Source: Mobula hypostoma
Taxonomy: Eukaryota
Assembly (NCBI RefSeq): GCF_963921235.1
Contig: NC_086097.1
Location: forward strand, 246,328,001 to 246,392,000
Direction: 5' to 3'
DNA length: 64,000 nucleotides
Under the pieces are notes generated by a model. The model made no database searches and was not told the DNA's origin. It saw only the letters and a list, made by a program, of their open reading frames with translations. Made by a program: the position numbers and the translations under genes. Shown in pieces: positions 12,398 through 25,889 of the stretch. How positions within the stretch are numbered: the stretch's first letter is position 1; each line of letters begins with the position of its first letter.

Positions 12398-14180
12398 TCT
12401 TCCAAATTTCCCCCAGAAACACCAGCCACTGCTGTTCTACCATCATCCTTGCTATATTCCTTTCCAATCAAATTTGTCCAGTTCCTCTCTCATGCCTCTG
12501 TAATTCCCTTTATTCTACTGTAATACTGATACATCCAATTTTAACTTCTCCTTCTCAAACTGCTATGGATTTATAGGGTATGCCCACAAGATATTAAATC
12601 TCAGGGTTGCATATAGTGACATATATGTACTTTGATAATAAATTTACTTTGGACTTTGATTTTTCTCATAATATTAACACTGCCTTAAGGTTCCTTTCCC
12701 TTAAGCTCCTTAATAAAATGTATCATTACATAACACCCAAACCAGAATTGCTGTCACCCTTGTAGGCTCAATCACAAGCTGCCTTGAAAAAGCCATCTCA
12801 TAGGCATCCTACAAAGTCCCTCTCTTGGGTCCCAGCACCAATCCAATTTTCCCAACCACTTGCATGTTGAAATCCTCCACAACTATCACAACATTGCCCT
12901 TTTATGTGTCTTCTCTATTTCCCATTGTAATTTGTAGTCCACATTCTGGCTATTGTTCGGAGGCCTGTATATAACTCTCATCAAGTTCTTTTTACCCCTG
13001 TAGTTTCTTAAATCTACCCATGTGGTTTAAGTGGTGGTTAATAGGTTCTTGCTTAGTCAGGGCATCAAAAGTTATGGGGAGAAGGCAGGTGAATGCTGTT
13101 GAGAGGTACAGTACATCAGCCCTGATGGAATGGCAATGCAGACTTGATGGGCCAAATAGCTGAATTCTGCTCCTATGTTTTATGTCCTATGTTCTAAAAG
13201 GCGAGGGGTGCCAGCTCAACAGATATTTTTCCTCCAGCTGGAAGTATGAAAGGATTATGGAGCCGAGATAGATGAATGGATTTAGGAAATGGATTAGCCG
13301 TGATTTAATTGTATTATGAATCAAGCCCAAAAGGCTTAATTGCCTACTGGTATACTTGTGCTCCTATGCACCGTGGACACCAAACCCAAACACTGTTTAG
13401 GCTCATATTTCAGGGTTTTGCAGAGAACTAAAATACATTAGAGGAGGGAATGCCTTCCTTTTTCAGCCGGAATAAATTTTGACCTAGAAGTTCATTTTGA
13501 AATAGTTTATCGGAATGCTGGATTTCCCTACAATGAATGGATTTTCATTAGAAGCCCATTAGAATGTGAGACGCTTCTCTAAACTTCTCAGATAGTTTTT
13601 GGAACATTCCCACACACCTACAAGTCTGCAGCTTCCACTGTATCTGCTGCCCTTGCGTAAAACTGTCTTTCCAGATACATAATACTCAGCTTTTCCTTTC
13701 CAAGTGAACTTATCTCTCTTCATTATTCATGCCAACCAATTTTCAAATGAATGCCTTGTTGTATTAGCAACGTGTACAACGTTATTCTGTTTAAAGTAAT
13801 GGGTGATTTCTTCTCTGTGCCAGCACATAAGTGCCATTTACATCGAAACCATGGCAATGCCTCTACTTTCTTAGAAGTTTGCACAGATTCAGCATGTCAT
13901 CGAAAACTATGACAAACTTTTATATAGACGACCAGTGGAGAGTATCCTGACTGGTTGTATCATGGCCTGGTATGAAAACACCAAAGCCCAGGAATGGAAA
14001 AGCCTACAAGTTATGGTTACAGCCCAGTCCATCACTGAAAAAGCCTCCACACCACTGAACACTAAGCAGCATCCATCATCAGGGATTCCACCACCCAGGA
14101 AGTGCTCTCTTCTTGCTATCATCATTGGGCAGGAGGTACAGCAGGCTTAGCTCCCACGTCTCCAGGTTCAGGAACAGTTA

Positions 14181-17100
14181 TAGTCCGTGAGCCAGTAAGG
14201 TGGGTCAGTAACATCTGAGGGGAATAATGCTCATAGTGATTTTTGGCAAGGTATATATCTCTAGAGTTATAAAATATGTGATAGCATTGCACCAGTGGTA
14301 GCTTTGTGTGTGCTATCATGCATTTTATAATACTACCCTAAAATCAGCATTTCTGAAAAGTGGCCAATATAAAGTACAACATATATATTCAACCTAGTGG
14401 TATTTTGTCATCAGTGATCCCTCAACATTGAAATTTCTCACAATGATAGCTGAGTTCAAGCACTTTTCATCAAATGTTGTTATAAAATTCTACATTGAAA
14501 ACTATGTCATTGGTGGCATTCACAGTACAGTGCCCAATTTCAGTAGAGTAAATCATTTCATTTTCAGAAAAATATTTGTCTGTTGCTTATTTTGGAAAAG
14601 TCAATAAAAACCCTAGGAGACATATAATCACATGGATTTGTAGAGGATTTATTTAGGAATTCAAATAAGTAATCACTTTTTGTATATATTCCATATTAAC
14701 ATCAGTACAGCAGAAAATGTTACCCCACCCCCCCAAAAGATAAAAAACCTCATTTGGAGAGATTTCTGGAGTTTTATCGATGTCATGATATTTTCCATAT
14801 TGTTATATCAAATCAAAACAATCTTAAGCTTTTGTCATAGCACATAGAATTACAGTACAATAATTCAAATGTGTGGTTCCACACGGCCATAACCTAGGCC
14901 CCATTTGGTTGTAAAATGAATATATTTAATTAAAGACTGCTTTCCATACTTTGTTTGCAATACTTTCATAACCTATTAATAATCTTAATTTTCCAATTTT
15001 TCCATGTCTTCCACATCTTCATCTGAACTTTCCACACTCTCTGAGGTGGGTGCCTGGTTCTCACAGTCTGCCAGTCTACACATGTCAGTACATCTGAGGC
15101 CATTTGCAACACACATACATCTTGGGAGTGAATATTTTTTTAGACAGTTACAGGCCAGTAGATCCAGGACAGCCTCGGGTTCTTGCAGCCTTCCATCCAG
15201 TGCACCACCAACTGTTCAGCTTCCTCTTCTCTCTCCATCTTCCATCCTCTGCCAACAGGGCTTGGCACTTTGTGTCCTTCTCCAAACATCTTCTCCATAT
15301 ACCATCCTGGTAGTTGGCTCACTGTGCATTTTTTGTTAAGCAGTCCTTGCATGGTGTGAGTTGATGACTTTCGATTTCACCGTTTTTGGCACAGAAAAGG
15401 TGATACATGAGCTCATTGACCTTGGTGGTCGATGCTTTTGGGGCGTACAGGAGACGTGTAAATGCCTCCAGTTTGTCCATCAGTTCTGGGGAGAGGTCCC
15501 ATTCCTGACCCAACTCTAAGAATGTGTCCTTAGTTTCCCTGTTGCTGGTCAGAAGTTTTAGGGCATTTGTCTTCCCTTTGCCTGCAAAACCGCTAACATT
15601 GTCATATCCTGTATATGCATGCAACCCGATGAGAGCCCTACAAACCTCCAGCAACCTTCCTGATGGCAGCAACCTTCCTAATGTCTACAAGCCTTGTATA
15701 AGTTCTAGTGCCACACTTCTGGAACAATGGGGCCTCCATCTTGTCACAAAATGCTAAAGACATGATAAAGACATCTGTGTCTTCTGAGAAGATCACTACA
15801 GATTGGTATCCCTCTCTTGTGGCACGGGCAGCATGGAGAAGTAGGTGGCCATCTGCTTCTGCTTGTCGACACTGAGGAGCTGACACATCCTCACTGTCTT
15901 GAGATGTGATTCTGTAACATTTGTCCTTCACAGTTGCATACAGAATATTCTCCTGTAGCTTTGCACTGTACTTTGCCTTCCTCCATTCATGGACTATGAA
16001 GCCAATAAGACTATTTTTGTTACTGACTTTGGCCAGGAAACTTCTCCACTGCCTCACCATCTGTGTGCCTGTGATATCTTGCAACTCATGACCAGAGATG
16101 TTTCACTTTTCTTGATGGAGTTCTCCTTGTATGTGTCGAACACAACATCTATTCTGCTACTGTGACTGCCTTCCCTCAGAGTCATATCCAGAATTGTTGT
16201 GGCAACATCTCTGAAAGTAACTTGATCACCTTTCAGCCTTTGGACCAAGTTCATTCCATCAACCACTGTAGCAGAGTTTCCTGGGAGTTGCTCTTTTACT
16301 GCTATATTTTTCTGCAAGGTTGTGGCTAAAGTAGCTTTATTTGTCTTTCTCAGCAATCCTTCTGGTGTGGACAGGGCCCAGCTCAATGGTCTAAGGGGAT
16401 GAGAAAGGATATCCTCCATACATAGACTGCGCCCTTGTGCCATCACTATGATGCGTCCAAACAAAGACCTGTCTGCTTTCAAGATGATCGCCCTCCCATT
16501 TGATTTCACTTCTCTCTTCTTACACATATCACTGAATGTTTTCAGCTTGTTGGTTTTCACTGGGTCATGGAATTTCTTTGCTGGTGGGTCTTCCTCTAGT
16601 CTCTCATACTTGAAGGTTGCATAGCATTGCTCACCAATCTCATATGCCTTCGTCAGGTCGGAGGCAATGTCCTTGGGGGCTGCCTTTGCTGTAGAGATGC
16701 TAATGAGGTCCCACTTCTCTGCAAATGGATTGACCCATTCATGTATGAGGCTAACCACTGCTGAAACTGCTTCCTCATCTTTCTGGATTCTTGGCCGCTG
16801 TGGCTCCGCATGACAAAGCTCTGATTTCTTGCCTTGCACCATCTCCCTTAACTGTCCCAGGAATGCACTGCGGTGCTCAGCTGTTACGTAGTAATGTTTG
16901 ATAGCTCCAGCATTCAGGCTGAACCGTGATGTGCCTCCAGGAGTCTGTGTGTCTTTGTTCACTGTGGCTTCAATAGCCTGGTCCACAGGGATCTGCCCAA
17001 AGGGGTTGTTACTTGACAGCTGCACTGAGAATGGGCCTGTCTTGAAGGCCTCATACACAGAAGGATTCTTCTCTGGGAGGTTCATCATCTGAGCAAAGAA

Positions 17101-17232
17101 AGCCACCAGCACTGCAATGCTATCACATACTTTCTAGCACTAGGGGTGTATACCTTGCCAAAAATCACTATAAGAATTATTCCTCCCAGATGGTACCAGT
17201 GGCCCAAATTTGGGGTCCTGGCTCACGGACTA
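14181..17232 (-). mobile_element. Academ (AcademX-type) DNA transposon, internally deleted
   Basis: About 125-134 bp imperfect TIRs (14181-14305 / 17099-17232) with perfect 15-bp termini TAGTCCGTGAGCCAG; TTA on both flanks; encodes XPG/PIN-like nuclease plus Cys finger. Confidence 0.8.
15000..17100 (-). pseudogene. Frameshifted Academ polyprotein C-terminal part (transposase tail, XPG/PIN nuclease, Cys-rich CXC-like finger)
   Basis: Consecutive ORFs 16054..17112, 15638..16084, 15319..15672: DQAIEATVNK..GG, VVDGM, RIDVVFDTY, AEADGHLLLHA, SEDTDVF, HAYTGYD..SGFAGKGK; manual translation of about 15055-15165 gives ACNCLKKYSLPRCMCVANGLRCTDMCRLADCEN. Confidence 0.85.
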
Positions 17233-17654
17233 TTAGGACCCTTCAACTATCAGGCGTGTGAACCAGTGTGGATAACTTCACTCACCTCGACACTGAACTG
17301 CTTTCATAACCTACAAACTAACTTCTAAGGACACTACGGCTCATGTTCTCAATATGATTAATTAATTCATTTATTTTCTTTTGTACTTTCAGAGTTTGTT
17401 GTCTTTTTCACATTGCTTGTCAATCTGTGTATAGTTTTTTTATTAACTCTAAAATATGTGTTGCTCTACTGTGAATGCCCACAAGAACCTGAATCTCAGT
17501 GTTGTATATGGTGACATATACGTACTTCGATAAAAAATTTACTTTGAACTTTGATCTTTCATTAACTTCACATTGGCATAAGAATTGTAAAGCAGATTTT
17601 GAAAGGTTTGTATGCAGAGGTCTGCGTTTTACAACTTGCACCTCTTTACCTTTA

Positions 17655-18302
17655 GAAACATAGAAAACCTACAGCACAATACAGGCCCTTCGGCCCACAA
17701 AGCTGTGCCGAATATGTCCATACATTAGAACAACCTAGGCTTACCTATAGCCCTCTATTTTCCTAAGCTCCATGTATCCATCCAGGAGTCTCTTAAAAGA
17801 CCCTATTGTTTCCGCCTCCACCAACGCCGCTGGCAGCCCATTCCACGTACTCACCACTCTCTGTGTAAAAAACTTACCCCTGACATCTCAGTACCTACTT
17901 CCAAGCACCTTAAAAATATGCCCTCTCGAGCTAGCCATTTCTGCCCTGGGAAAAAGCCTTTGACTATCCACACGATCAATGCCTCTCATTATCTTGTACA
18001 CCTCTGTCAGGTCACCTCTCATCCTCCGTCGCTCCAAGGAGAAAAGGCCAAGTTCACTCAACCTATTTTCATAAGGCATGCTCCCCAATCCAGGCAACAT
18101 CCTCGTAAATCTCCTCTGCACTCTTTCTATGGTTTCCACATCCTTCCTGTAGTGAGGTGACCAGAACTGAGCACAGTACTCCAAGCGGGGTCTGACCAGG
18201 GTCCTATATGGCTGCAACATTACCTCTCGGCTCTTAAACTCAATCCCATGATTGATAAAGCCCAATGTACCGTATGCCTTCTTAACCACAGAGTCAAACT
18301 GC
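17655..18302 (-). mobile_element. CR1 3' fragment, well preserved
   Basis: ORF 17888..18379 LVRPRLEYCAQFWSPHY...RGDLTEVYKIM; (agaaacat)n tail. Confidence 0.9.
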
Positions 18303-18659
18303 GTACTTACTGGCAAATAAAATTGCCAATTGCTGTAAAACAATTGGTAAATCCTCAAATTGCGTTTATGGTGTTTCATTCTCTGCTTCGCTCATAAAGC
18401 AAGTGCTGTAGAACTAAGTACCTTCCAGAAGTCTTCCAATGGCAGTAAGCATTCAGTGTTCAGTGGCCGAAAAATACATACCTGCCAGATGTCACTTAGC
18501 ACGTCCCTGGGATGTTGTCATGATGGTCCTCTCAATGCAGCATGCAGATATTGGGGACACAAATTCAAAAACTATGGATTGCCAATGGCAGTTAGTGACC
18601 CCTTTGGGCAGGAGTTGGTATTACAGCAATAATTTAAAGCTGCTTCTTTGTCTTTCTAA

Positions 18660-19426
18660 AGATACAAAGATTAGCTTTATTTGCCATGAAGTTTGTAAGT
18701 AGTACACGAACATGGAAACATTTGGGTCCACAACTAACATAACCTAACGATGTGCTAGGGGCAAGTGTAGCCACACGTTCCAGCACCATCAACGCCTGCC
18801 CATATTGCTCAACAGAACAATACCGAACACAACAAAACAGAACAGAACAAACAAGAATAAAAGGATAAGCCCCTTTCCTCCCTCCTACCCACACACACAG
18901 GTGAACAGTTCTCCAATTCCAGGACAAGCCTCTGGGCTTCCAGTCTCTAGTCTCCAGCCATCAGACTTTGTCTTCTGGATTTCCAATCGTCCTTCAATCT
19001 CTGATCTACGGAATTGATGCAGGACTAACTGATATTGGAGCCCAAAATCCAGGCCTCAAACTCCAGTCTCACCGACTCACGGCACATGTGCCTCTTGCAG
19101 CCATGGACATCGCTTTCCGGGGCTCAACAACCTGGGGCAAAGGTGTCCTTCATCACCCGTCCATGTCGTTGGTCTTTGGGCATGGAGCAGAGTCCTGGAC
19201 TCCAGGTGACCTTCATCTCACCTCCACTCCACTGGCCTTCGAATGCGGAGCAAGGAGAGAAGACCTAGACTCCGGGCTGATCTCCTGCACATTCCTGTCC
19301 CTAAACACCAGTCTGATCTCTGACTCCCTTCTCTGTCCCAAAACCATCCCTACGAACTGATAAAACAACTAACTCTGGGCATTGACCTTGATGGAGACCA
19401 CAGCTTGGCACCACCTTGACCGGAAG
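18660..19426 (-). mobile_element. Non-autonomous retroelement with CTTCCGGTCAAG(G)TGG(T)G 5' end and SINE/Rex-like tail
   Basis: Minus strand starts cttccggtcaaggtggtgcc and ends in the aataaagctaatctt tail shared with 8599-8936. Confidence 0.5.
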
Positions 19427-20369
19427 GTAGAACTGTAGTCTCTTTACAGATTTAATTAATGATTACGGTGAGTTCAATTAGGTTTGCTTCTGCCATGCTG
19501 CACAATAGAGAAATGAAATGAATTTATAAACAATCTTAAGCTTTGAAAATACTCCTGGCTTTTGCTATTTGAGTAATAAGTGTGATTTTAACTTTAGCTA
19601 GATTTTTAAAGATTCGCTTTATTTGTCACATGTACATTGAAATGTACAGTGAATACTCCATAGTTTCTTGATGATGAGAGGGCTTGCTGACTCTGTAACA
19701 ACACTGCTGGAGGAACTCAAGTTTAAGTTCAATTGGTATTAAACAGTACACATAAAATGAAACAGCCTTCCTCTGGGACTAACGTGCAAAACACATTATC
19801 AACAGTCACACACAGCAGAAGGCACATGTAACACATATAATTACGATAGCAGGAAAAGCATACAATCACACAAAAAACTATAGCCTATGCCTTTGAGCGT
19901 CATGGTGTGCAGACTGCCTGTCCAAGGGATGTTATCCTTGTTCTGAAAGCACTAGCACCCAGCAGACCTCATCATGTCCTGGTGCAACCACAGGTGAACA
20001 CAGTCTAGCTTGTTTTCCACCGAGCGAACACTGGAGGGCAGCACTGACAGGAGGGGACAGACCAGCACGACCGCCAGCGGCACCTCTATTCTCCCTCACG
20101 CTGGGTCAGTGGGTCAAACAACATCTATACGGGGGAAGTAACGATTCAGGCCAAAATCCTACATCATTTCTCTAGCAGTCCGTAATTTTGGGTCAATGAA
20201 AGCTGTTCAGGATCACTTTCATCTATCGAGGGAAATAAACACACGACGTTTCGGGCTGCGGCCCTTCATCAGGATGCTTCATTTCCCGGGGCAAAATATG
20301 GCGAATAGCAAGAATAAGTCAAATAAATATAGAGAGTATGTAATGAAATGAGGAAAAACACAGAGAATG

Positions 20370-20865
20370 GGATGCAGACCCGCCCATCACAAGCAAAGCC
20401 CTCTATTATCATTGAGTACGTTTACAAGGAGCACTAACACAATAAAGCAGCAGCCACCATCATTGTCCCCACCATCCAGGCCATACTCTCTTTTTGCTAT
20501 CATCATCGGGCAGGAAGTACTGGAGCCTTTGGTCCCACACCACCAGGTTCAGGAACCGTTATTACCGCTCAACCATCAGGTTCCTGAAGCAGCCTGGATA
20601 AACTCACTCATCTCAACACTGAACTGATTCTACAACCTATAGACTCACTTTCAATGACTCTACAAATCATGTTGTCAGTATTATTTATTTTTAATTATTT
20701 GCACAGTTTGCCTTTTGCCCATTGGTTGTTCTGTCAGTCTTTGCGTGTAATTTGTCATTTTTATCGCATTTCTGTGTTCTACTGTAAATCCCTACAAGAA
20801 AGTGAATCTCAAGACAGTATATGGTGACATATATGTACTTTGATAATAAATTTATTTTACTTTGA
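20370..20865 (+). mobile_element. Rex1/Babar-like 3' fragment
   Basis: caccaccaggttcaggaac...aataaattt...tttga tail shared with other copies (27020-27410, 31560-32060). Confidence 0.65.
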
Positions 20866-21518
20866 ATGACTCAAAACACAAGATCCCTTACATTAAACAC
20901 ATGGTAATACGTTAAACAATGTATGTAATTTATCAGGAAGATCACTTCTTAAAATTAGATCCTGTTGGTCTCTAGGGATCATGTCTTTTCCTGTCTTTTC
21001 GTATTGACCTGGAGTAAGGTATAGAGTGTTGGAGAAGACCTATAATTGTTGTGCTCTGTGGGAGCACATTAACAGGGATGAGCACAGTTTTTATTTAAAA
21101 GTCTGAACTCAATTAGAATCTCTTGGGTGGAAGTCAAGCCAAAAATATTTTTACAAGCTTGTTAATTGAAAACCACCACGATTGCTTCAGAAAACTTCTC
21201 CTTTACTCAGTACGATGGGCTTTTGGTACATGGATGTGGTTGGGGAGGAGCTGTACAGAGGTTGATTCTCAAGAAAGGGTCCTCCCAGAAACAGATTAAG
21301 TACTTAAGGGGACAAGTCAAAGCATGCATCATAACTACTGACAAAAATTCCCCATTCCAGTTCTCAAGGTAGCCTGATATGCCTATTACGTGTGTTATTG
21401 AATGTCCATTTGTTATTCTGGAAGAGCACAGAAAGTCATCTACCGACTTAAAACACACAAACTCTATAGTTTGTTGATCATGAGAAACCTTGTAATCTTG
21501 TTTTTGTCAATTAAACCT

Positions 21519-24500
21519 AGAACCATAGAACCATAGAACACTACAGCACAGAAAACAGACCATTCGGTCCCTCTAGTCTGTGCTGAAACTTTATTCCACT
21601 AGTCCCATTGATCTGCACCTAGTCCATAACCCTCCAGACCTCTCCCATCCATGTATCTATCCAATTTATTCTTAAGAGTGAGCCCGTATTTACCACGTCA
21701 GATAGCAGCCCGTTCCACACTTCCACCACTCTCTGAGTGAAGAAGTTCCCCCTAATGTTCCCCCTAAACCTTTCCCCTTTCACCCTAAAGCCATGTCCTC
21801 TCATATTTATCTCTCCTAATCTAAGTGGAAAGAGCCTACTCGCATTTACTCTGTCTATCCCCTCATAATTTTGTAAACCTCTATCAAATCTCCCCTCATT
21901 CTTCTAAGCTCCAAGGAATGAAGTTGTAACCTGTTCAATCTTTCCCTGTAACTCAACTCCTGAAGACCTGGCAACATCCTAGTAAATATTCTCTGCACTC
22001 TTTCAATCTTACTGATATCCTTCCGGATAGTTAGGTGACCAGAACTGTACACAATACTCCAAATTTGGCCTCACCAATGTCTTATACAACCTCCCCATAA
22101 CATCCCAACTCCTATACTCAATACTTTGATTTATGAATGCCAGGATGCCAAAAGCCTCCTTTACAACCCTGTCTACCTGTGATGCCACTTTCAGGGAATT
22201 ATCTATCTGAACTTCCAGATTTCTTTGTTCCTCCGCACTCCTCAGTGCCCTACCATTTACTGTGTATGTCCTACCTTGATTTGTCCTTCCAAAATGCAAC
22301 ACCTCACACTTGTCTGCATTAAATTCCGTCTGCCATTTTCTGGCCCATTTTTCCAGTTGGTCCAGATCCCTCTGCAAGTTTTGAAAGGCTTCCTCGCTGT
22401 CTACAACGCCTCCAATCTTAGTGTCATCAGCAAACTTGCTGATCTAATTTACCACATTATTATCTATATCATTGATATAGACAACAAACAACAATGGTCC
22501 CAGCACAGATCCATGAGGCACACCACTAGTCACAGGCCTCCAGTCTGAGAAGCAATCATCCACTACCACTCTCTGTCTTCTCCCATACAGCCAATTTCGA
22601 ATCCAGTTTACAACCTCTACATGGATACCTAGTGTCTGAACCTTCTGAGCTAACCTCCCATGTGGGACCTTGTCAAAGACCTTACTAAAGTCCATGTAGA
22701 CAACATCCACAGCCTTTCCTTCATCTACTTTCTTGGTAACCTCCTCGAAAAACTCTACAAGATTCGTTAAACACGATCTACCATGCACAAAGCCATGCTG
22801 AAGATCCTTAATCAGCCCTTGGCTGTCCAAATACTTGTATATCCGATCTCTCAGAACACCTTCCAATACTTTATCTACTACTGATGTCAGGCTCACCGGC
22901 CTGTAATTACCTGGTTTACTTTTGGAGCCTTTTTTAAACAACGGAACAACATGAGCTACCCTCCAATACTCCGGCACTGCACCCGTGGCTAAGGACATTT
23001 CAAATATTTCTGCCAGGACCCCTGCAATTTCTATGCTAGTCTCTATCAAGGTCCGAGGAAATATCATGAGAGGCCTGGGGGACTTATCTACCTTTATTCG
23101 CTGTAAGGCAGAAAGCACCTCCTCCTCGTTAATCTCTATATGTTCCATGACACTGCTGTTTGTTTCCCTTCCTTCCATATACACTCTGCCAGTTTCCTGA
23201 GTAAATACTGATGCAAAAAAGCTGTTTAAGATCTCCCCCATCTCCTGAGGCTCAACACATAGACAACCACTCTGATCTTCTAGGGGACCAATTTTGTCCC
23301 TTACTATCCTTTTACTCTTAATACACTTGTAGAAACCCTTCGGGTTTACCTTCACATTATCTGCCAGAGCAACCTCATGTCTTCTTTTTGCCTTCCTGAT
23401 TTCCTTCTTTAGTATTTTCTTACATTTTCTACACTCTTCAAGTACCTCATTTGTTCCTTGTTGCCTTATACCTGCTATACACCTCTCTCTTTTTCTTAAC
23501 CAGATCGCCAATATCCCTTGAAAACCAAGGTTCCCTATGCCTGTTAACTTTCCTTTTGATCCTGGCAGGAACATGCAAACTCTGCACTCTCAAAATTTCG
23601 CCTCTGAAGGCCTTCCACTTATTGAACGCATCCTTGCCAGAAAACAGCTTATCCCAATCCACTCTTCCTAAATCCTTTCTCATTTCCACAGAATTGACCC
23701 TTCTCCAATTTAGAACCTCAACTCGAGGACCAGACCTATCCTTATCCATAATTAACTTGAAACTAATGACATTATGGTCACTGGACCCAAAATGTTCGCC
23801 TACACATACTTCTGTCACCTGACCTGTCTGGTTCCCTAATAGGAGATGAAGTATTGCATCCTCTCTCGTTTGTACCTCTATATATTGATTTATAAAACTT
23901 TCCTGAACATATTTGACAAACTCCAAGCCATCTAGCCCTTCCTCAATGTGGGAGTCCCAGTCAAGAGCGGAGGAGAAGATGGCGGTGCGACACAGCGCGC
24001 GCAGCCACTCCTAATGATATCGTATTTGTTAAATATGGGGCTGTGCACAGTCCTGATTTGATGGAGACAGACGTGAAGAAGCACGGAGGAACAACTGGAG
24101 AAACTTCTGAAATGCCTGTTTCGCTGCTGCTGCTACTGTGCGATTGAGAATCTCCGGAGGGGAAGGCCCCAAATCCTTGGCTTTGCCTATTGTCTGTTGC
24201 CGGGGCCGGGGTCAAAGCGCTCGGCAGAGATGGTGCTCGGTGTCGGAGGGCTGGTCAGAGGCTCGAAGTTTTCGGATGGACTCAGAGTCAGACTGTGGTT
24301 GGGGTGCTTCCAGATGCTGCATTGGCAAGTTTGCGGCGCTGGAAGCTCATGGCAGGGAAAGTTTCTCCCTTCAACCGTCTGCGTGAGATGATGGGACTTT
24401 CGAGAGACTTTGAGACTTTTTTTTATGTGTCCATGGTCTGTTCTTCATCAAATTATGATATTGCTTTGCACTGTTGTAACTATATGTTATAATTATGTGG

Positions 24501-25830
24501 TTTTTATCAGTTTTTTTAGTCTTGGTTTGTCTTGTGTTTCTGTGATATCATTCTGGAGGAACAAATTGTATTATTTCTTAATGCATGCATTACTAAATGA
24601 CAATAAAAGAGGACTGCGTGTCCTCATAATCTAATATGTGGAAAGTTAAAATTCCCTACTATTACGACTTTCTGTTTCTTACATCGGTCTGCCATCTCTC
24701 TACAGATTTGCTCCTCCAATTCTCTCTGACTATTGAGTGGTCTATAATACAACCCTATTAGTGTGGTCACACCTTTCCCGTTCCTCAGCTCTGCCCATAT
24801 GGCCTCAGTAGATAAGCCCTCCGGGCTGTCCTGTGATATTCTCCCTGACTAGTAATGCCACTCCTCCCCCTTTCATCCCTCCTCCTCTATCACGTCTGAA
24901 ACAACGGAATCCCAGAACATTAAGCTGCCAGTCCTGGCCCTCCTGCAACCAAATCTCACTAATAGCAATAATGTCATAATCCCACGTGCCAATCCATGCC
25001 CTAAACTCATCTGCCTTACCTACAATACTCCTTGCATTGAAATAGATGCACCTGAGAACATTTCTATCACATACAAACCTTTGAATTCTGTCTACACATG
25101 CAGTCCTCGCATGACCTTTAACCTCCTCCACCTCACTATCTGCTCTAACACTCTGGTTCCCCTCCCCCTGCAAATCTAGTTTAAACTCACCTGGAGCAGC
25201 ACTAGCAAACCTACCTGCAGGGATGTTAGTCCCCCTCCAGTTCAGGTGCAAACAGTCCTGTCAGAACAGGTCCCACCTTCCTTGGAACAAAGCCCAATTA
25301 TCCAGAAACATGAAGTCCTCCCTCCTGCACCATCTCCTTAGCCATGTACTTAGCTGCATTATCTTCCTATTTCTAGCCTCACTAGCATGTGGCACAGATA
25401 GCAATCCTGAAATTGCAACCCTGGAGGTCCTGTCCTTCAACTTTGCACCTAACTCCCTAAACACCCTTTGTAGGACCTCCTACTCCTTCCTATCCACATC
25501 ACTGGTCCCTACATGGACCACGACATCTGGCTGCTCACCTTCCCTCCTGAGAATACCGAGAACTCGTTCTGAGATACCGCGGACCCTGGCACCGGGGAGG
25601 CAACAGATCATCCTGGGTTCTCGATCTCTCCCACAGAACCTCTTATCTGTACCCCTAACTATCAAATCCCCTATCACTATTGCTCTCCTCTTTTCCCTCC
25701 TTCCCTTCTGAGCTGAGGGTCCAGTCTCGGTCCCAGAGACGCGACCACTGCAACTTGTCCTTGGTAGGTCGTCTCCACCAACAGTATCCAAAACGGTATA
25801 CTTATTGTTGATGGGAACGGATAGAACTTT
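21519..25830 (-). mobile_element. Near full-length CR1 LINE (ORF1 SGNH esterase; ORF2 APE and RT), frameshifted
   Basis: IVIGDLIVRG..CLPGARV..VVVHVGTSD (25480..25791); FNARSI (24805..25251); SDH; RT YRPVSLTS, GVPHGSVLGP, YIND (22444..23574); (agaaccat)n tail. Confidence 0.95.
23965..24634 (+). mobile_element. Non-autonomous retroelement, (TAATC)n tail, copy 2
   Basis: Paralog of 10369-11010; interrupts CR1 APE at cagtcaa|tatgtgg. Confidence 0.8.
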
Positions 25831-25889
25831 TCAAGACCACTCCCATCTGCCTTCAATTTACATCGATCTGATATCTCTCCACTTCCTAA

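Larger units (their letters stand above)
9205..13020 (-). mobile_element. 5'-truncated decayed CR1 LINE with nested insertions
   Basis: ORF2 fragments (FQKAFDKLPHMRL; C-terminus 9278..9685); interrupted at 10369-11010, 11845-12397 and about 12565-12660. Confidence 0.85.
13850..17555 (+). mobile_element. Rex1/Babar-like 3' fragment split by the Academ insertion
   Basis: ESILTGCIMAWY at 13935; 'caggttcaggaacagtta' resumes as 'cccttcaactatcaggc' after 17235; (aacttg)-type tail near 17545. Confidence 0.75.

Noticed and set aside
18400..18560. Two minus-strand donor-like sites (gtactt, gtatgt) in unique sequence
   Set aside because: No convincing acceptor or recognisable peptide
21166..21458. 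Overlapping short ORFs with possible splice sites in unique sequence
   Set aside because: Weak donor, no recognisable protein; compatible with chance
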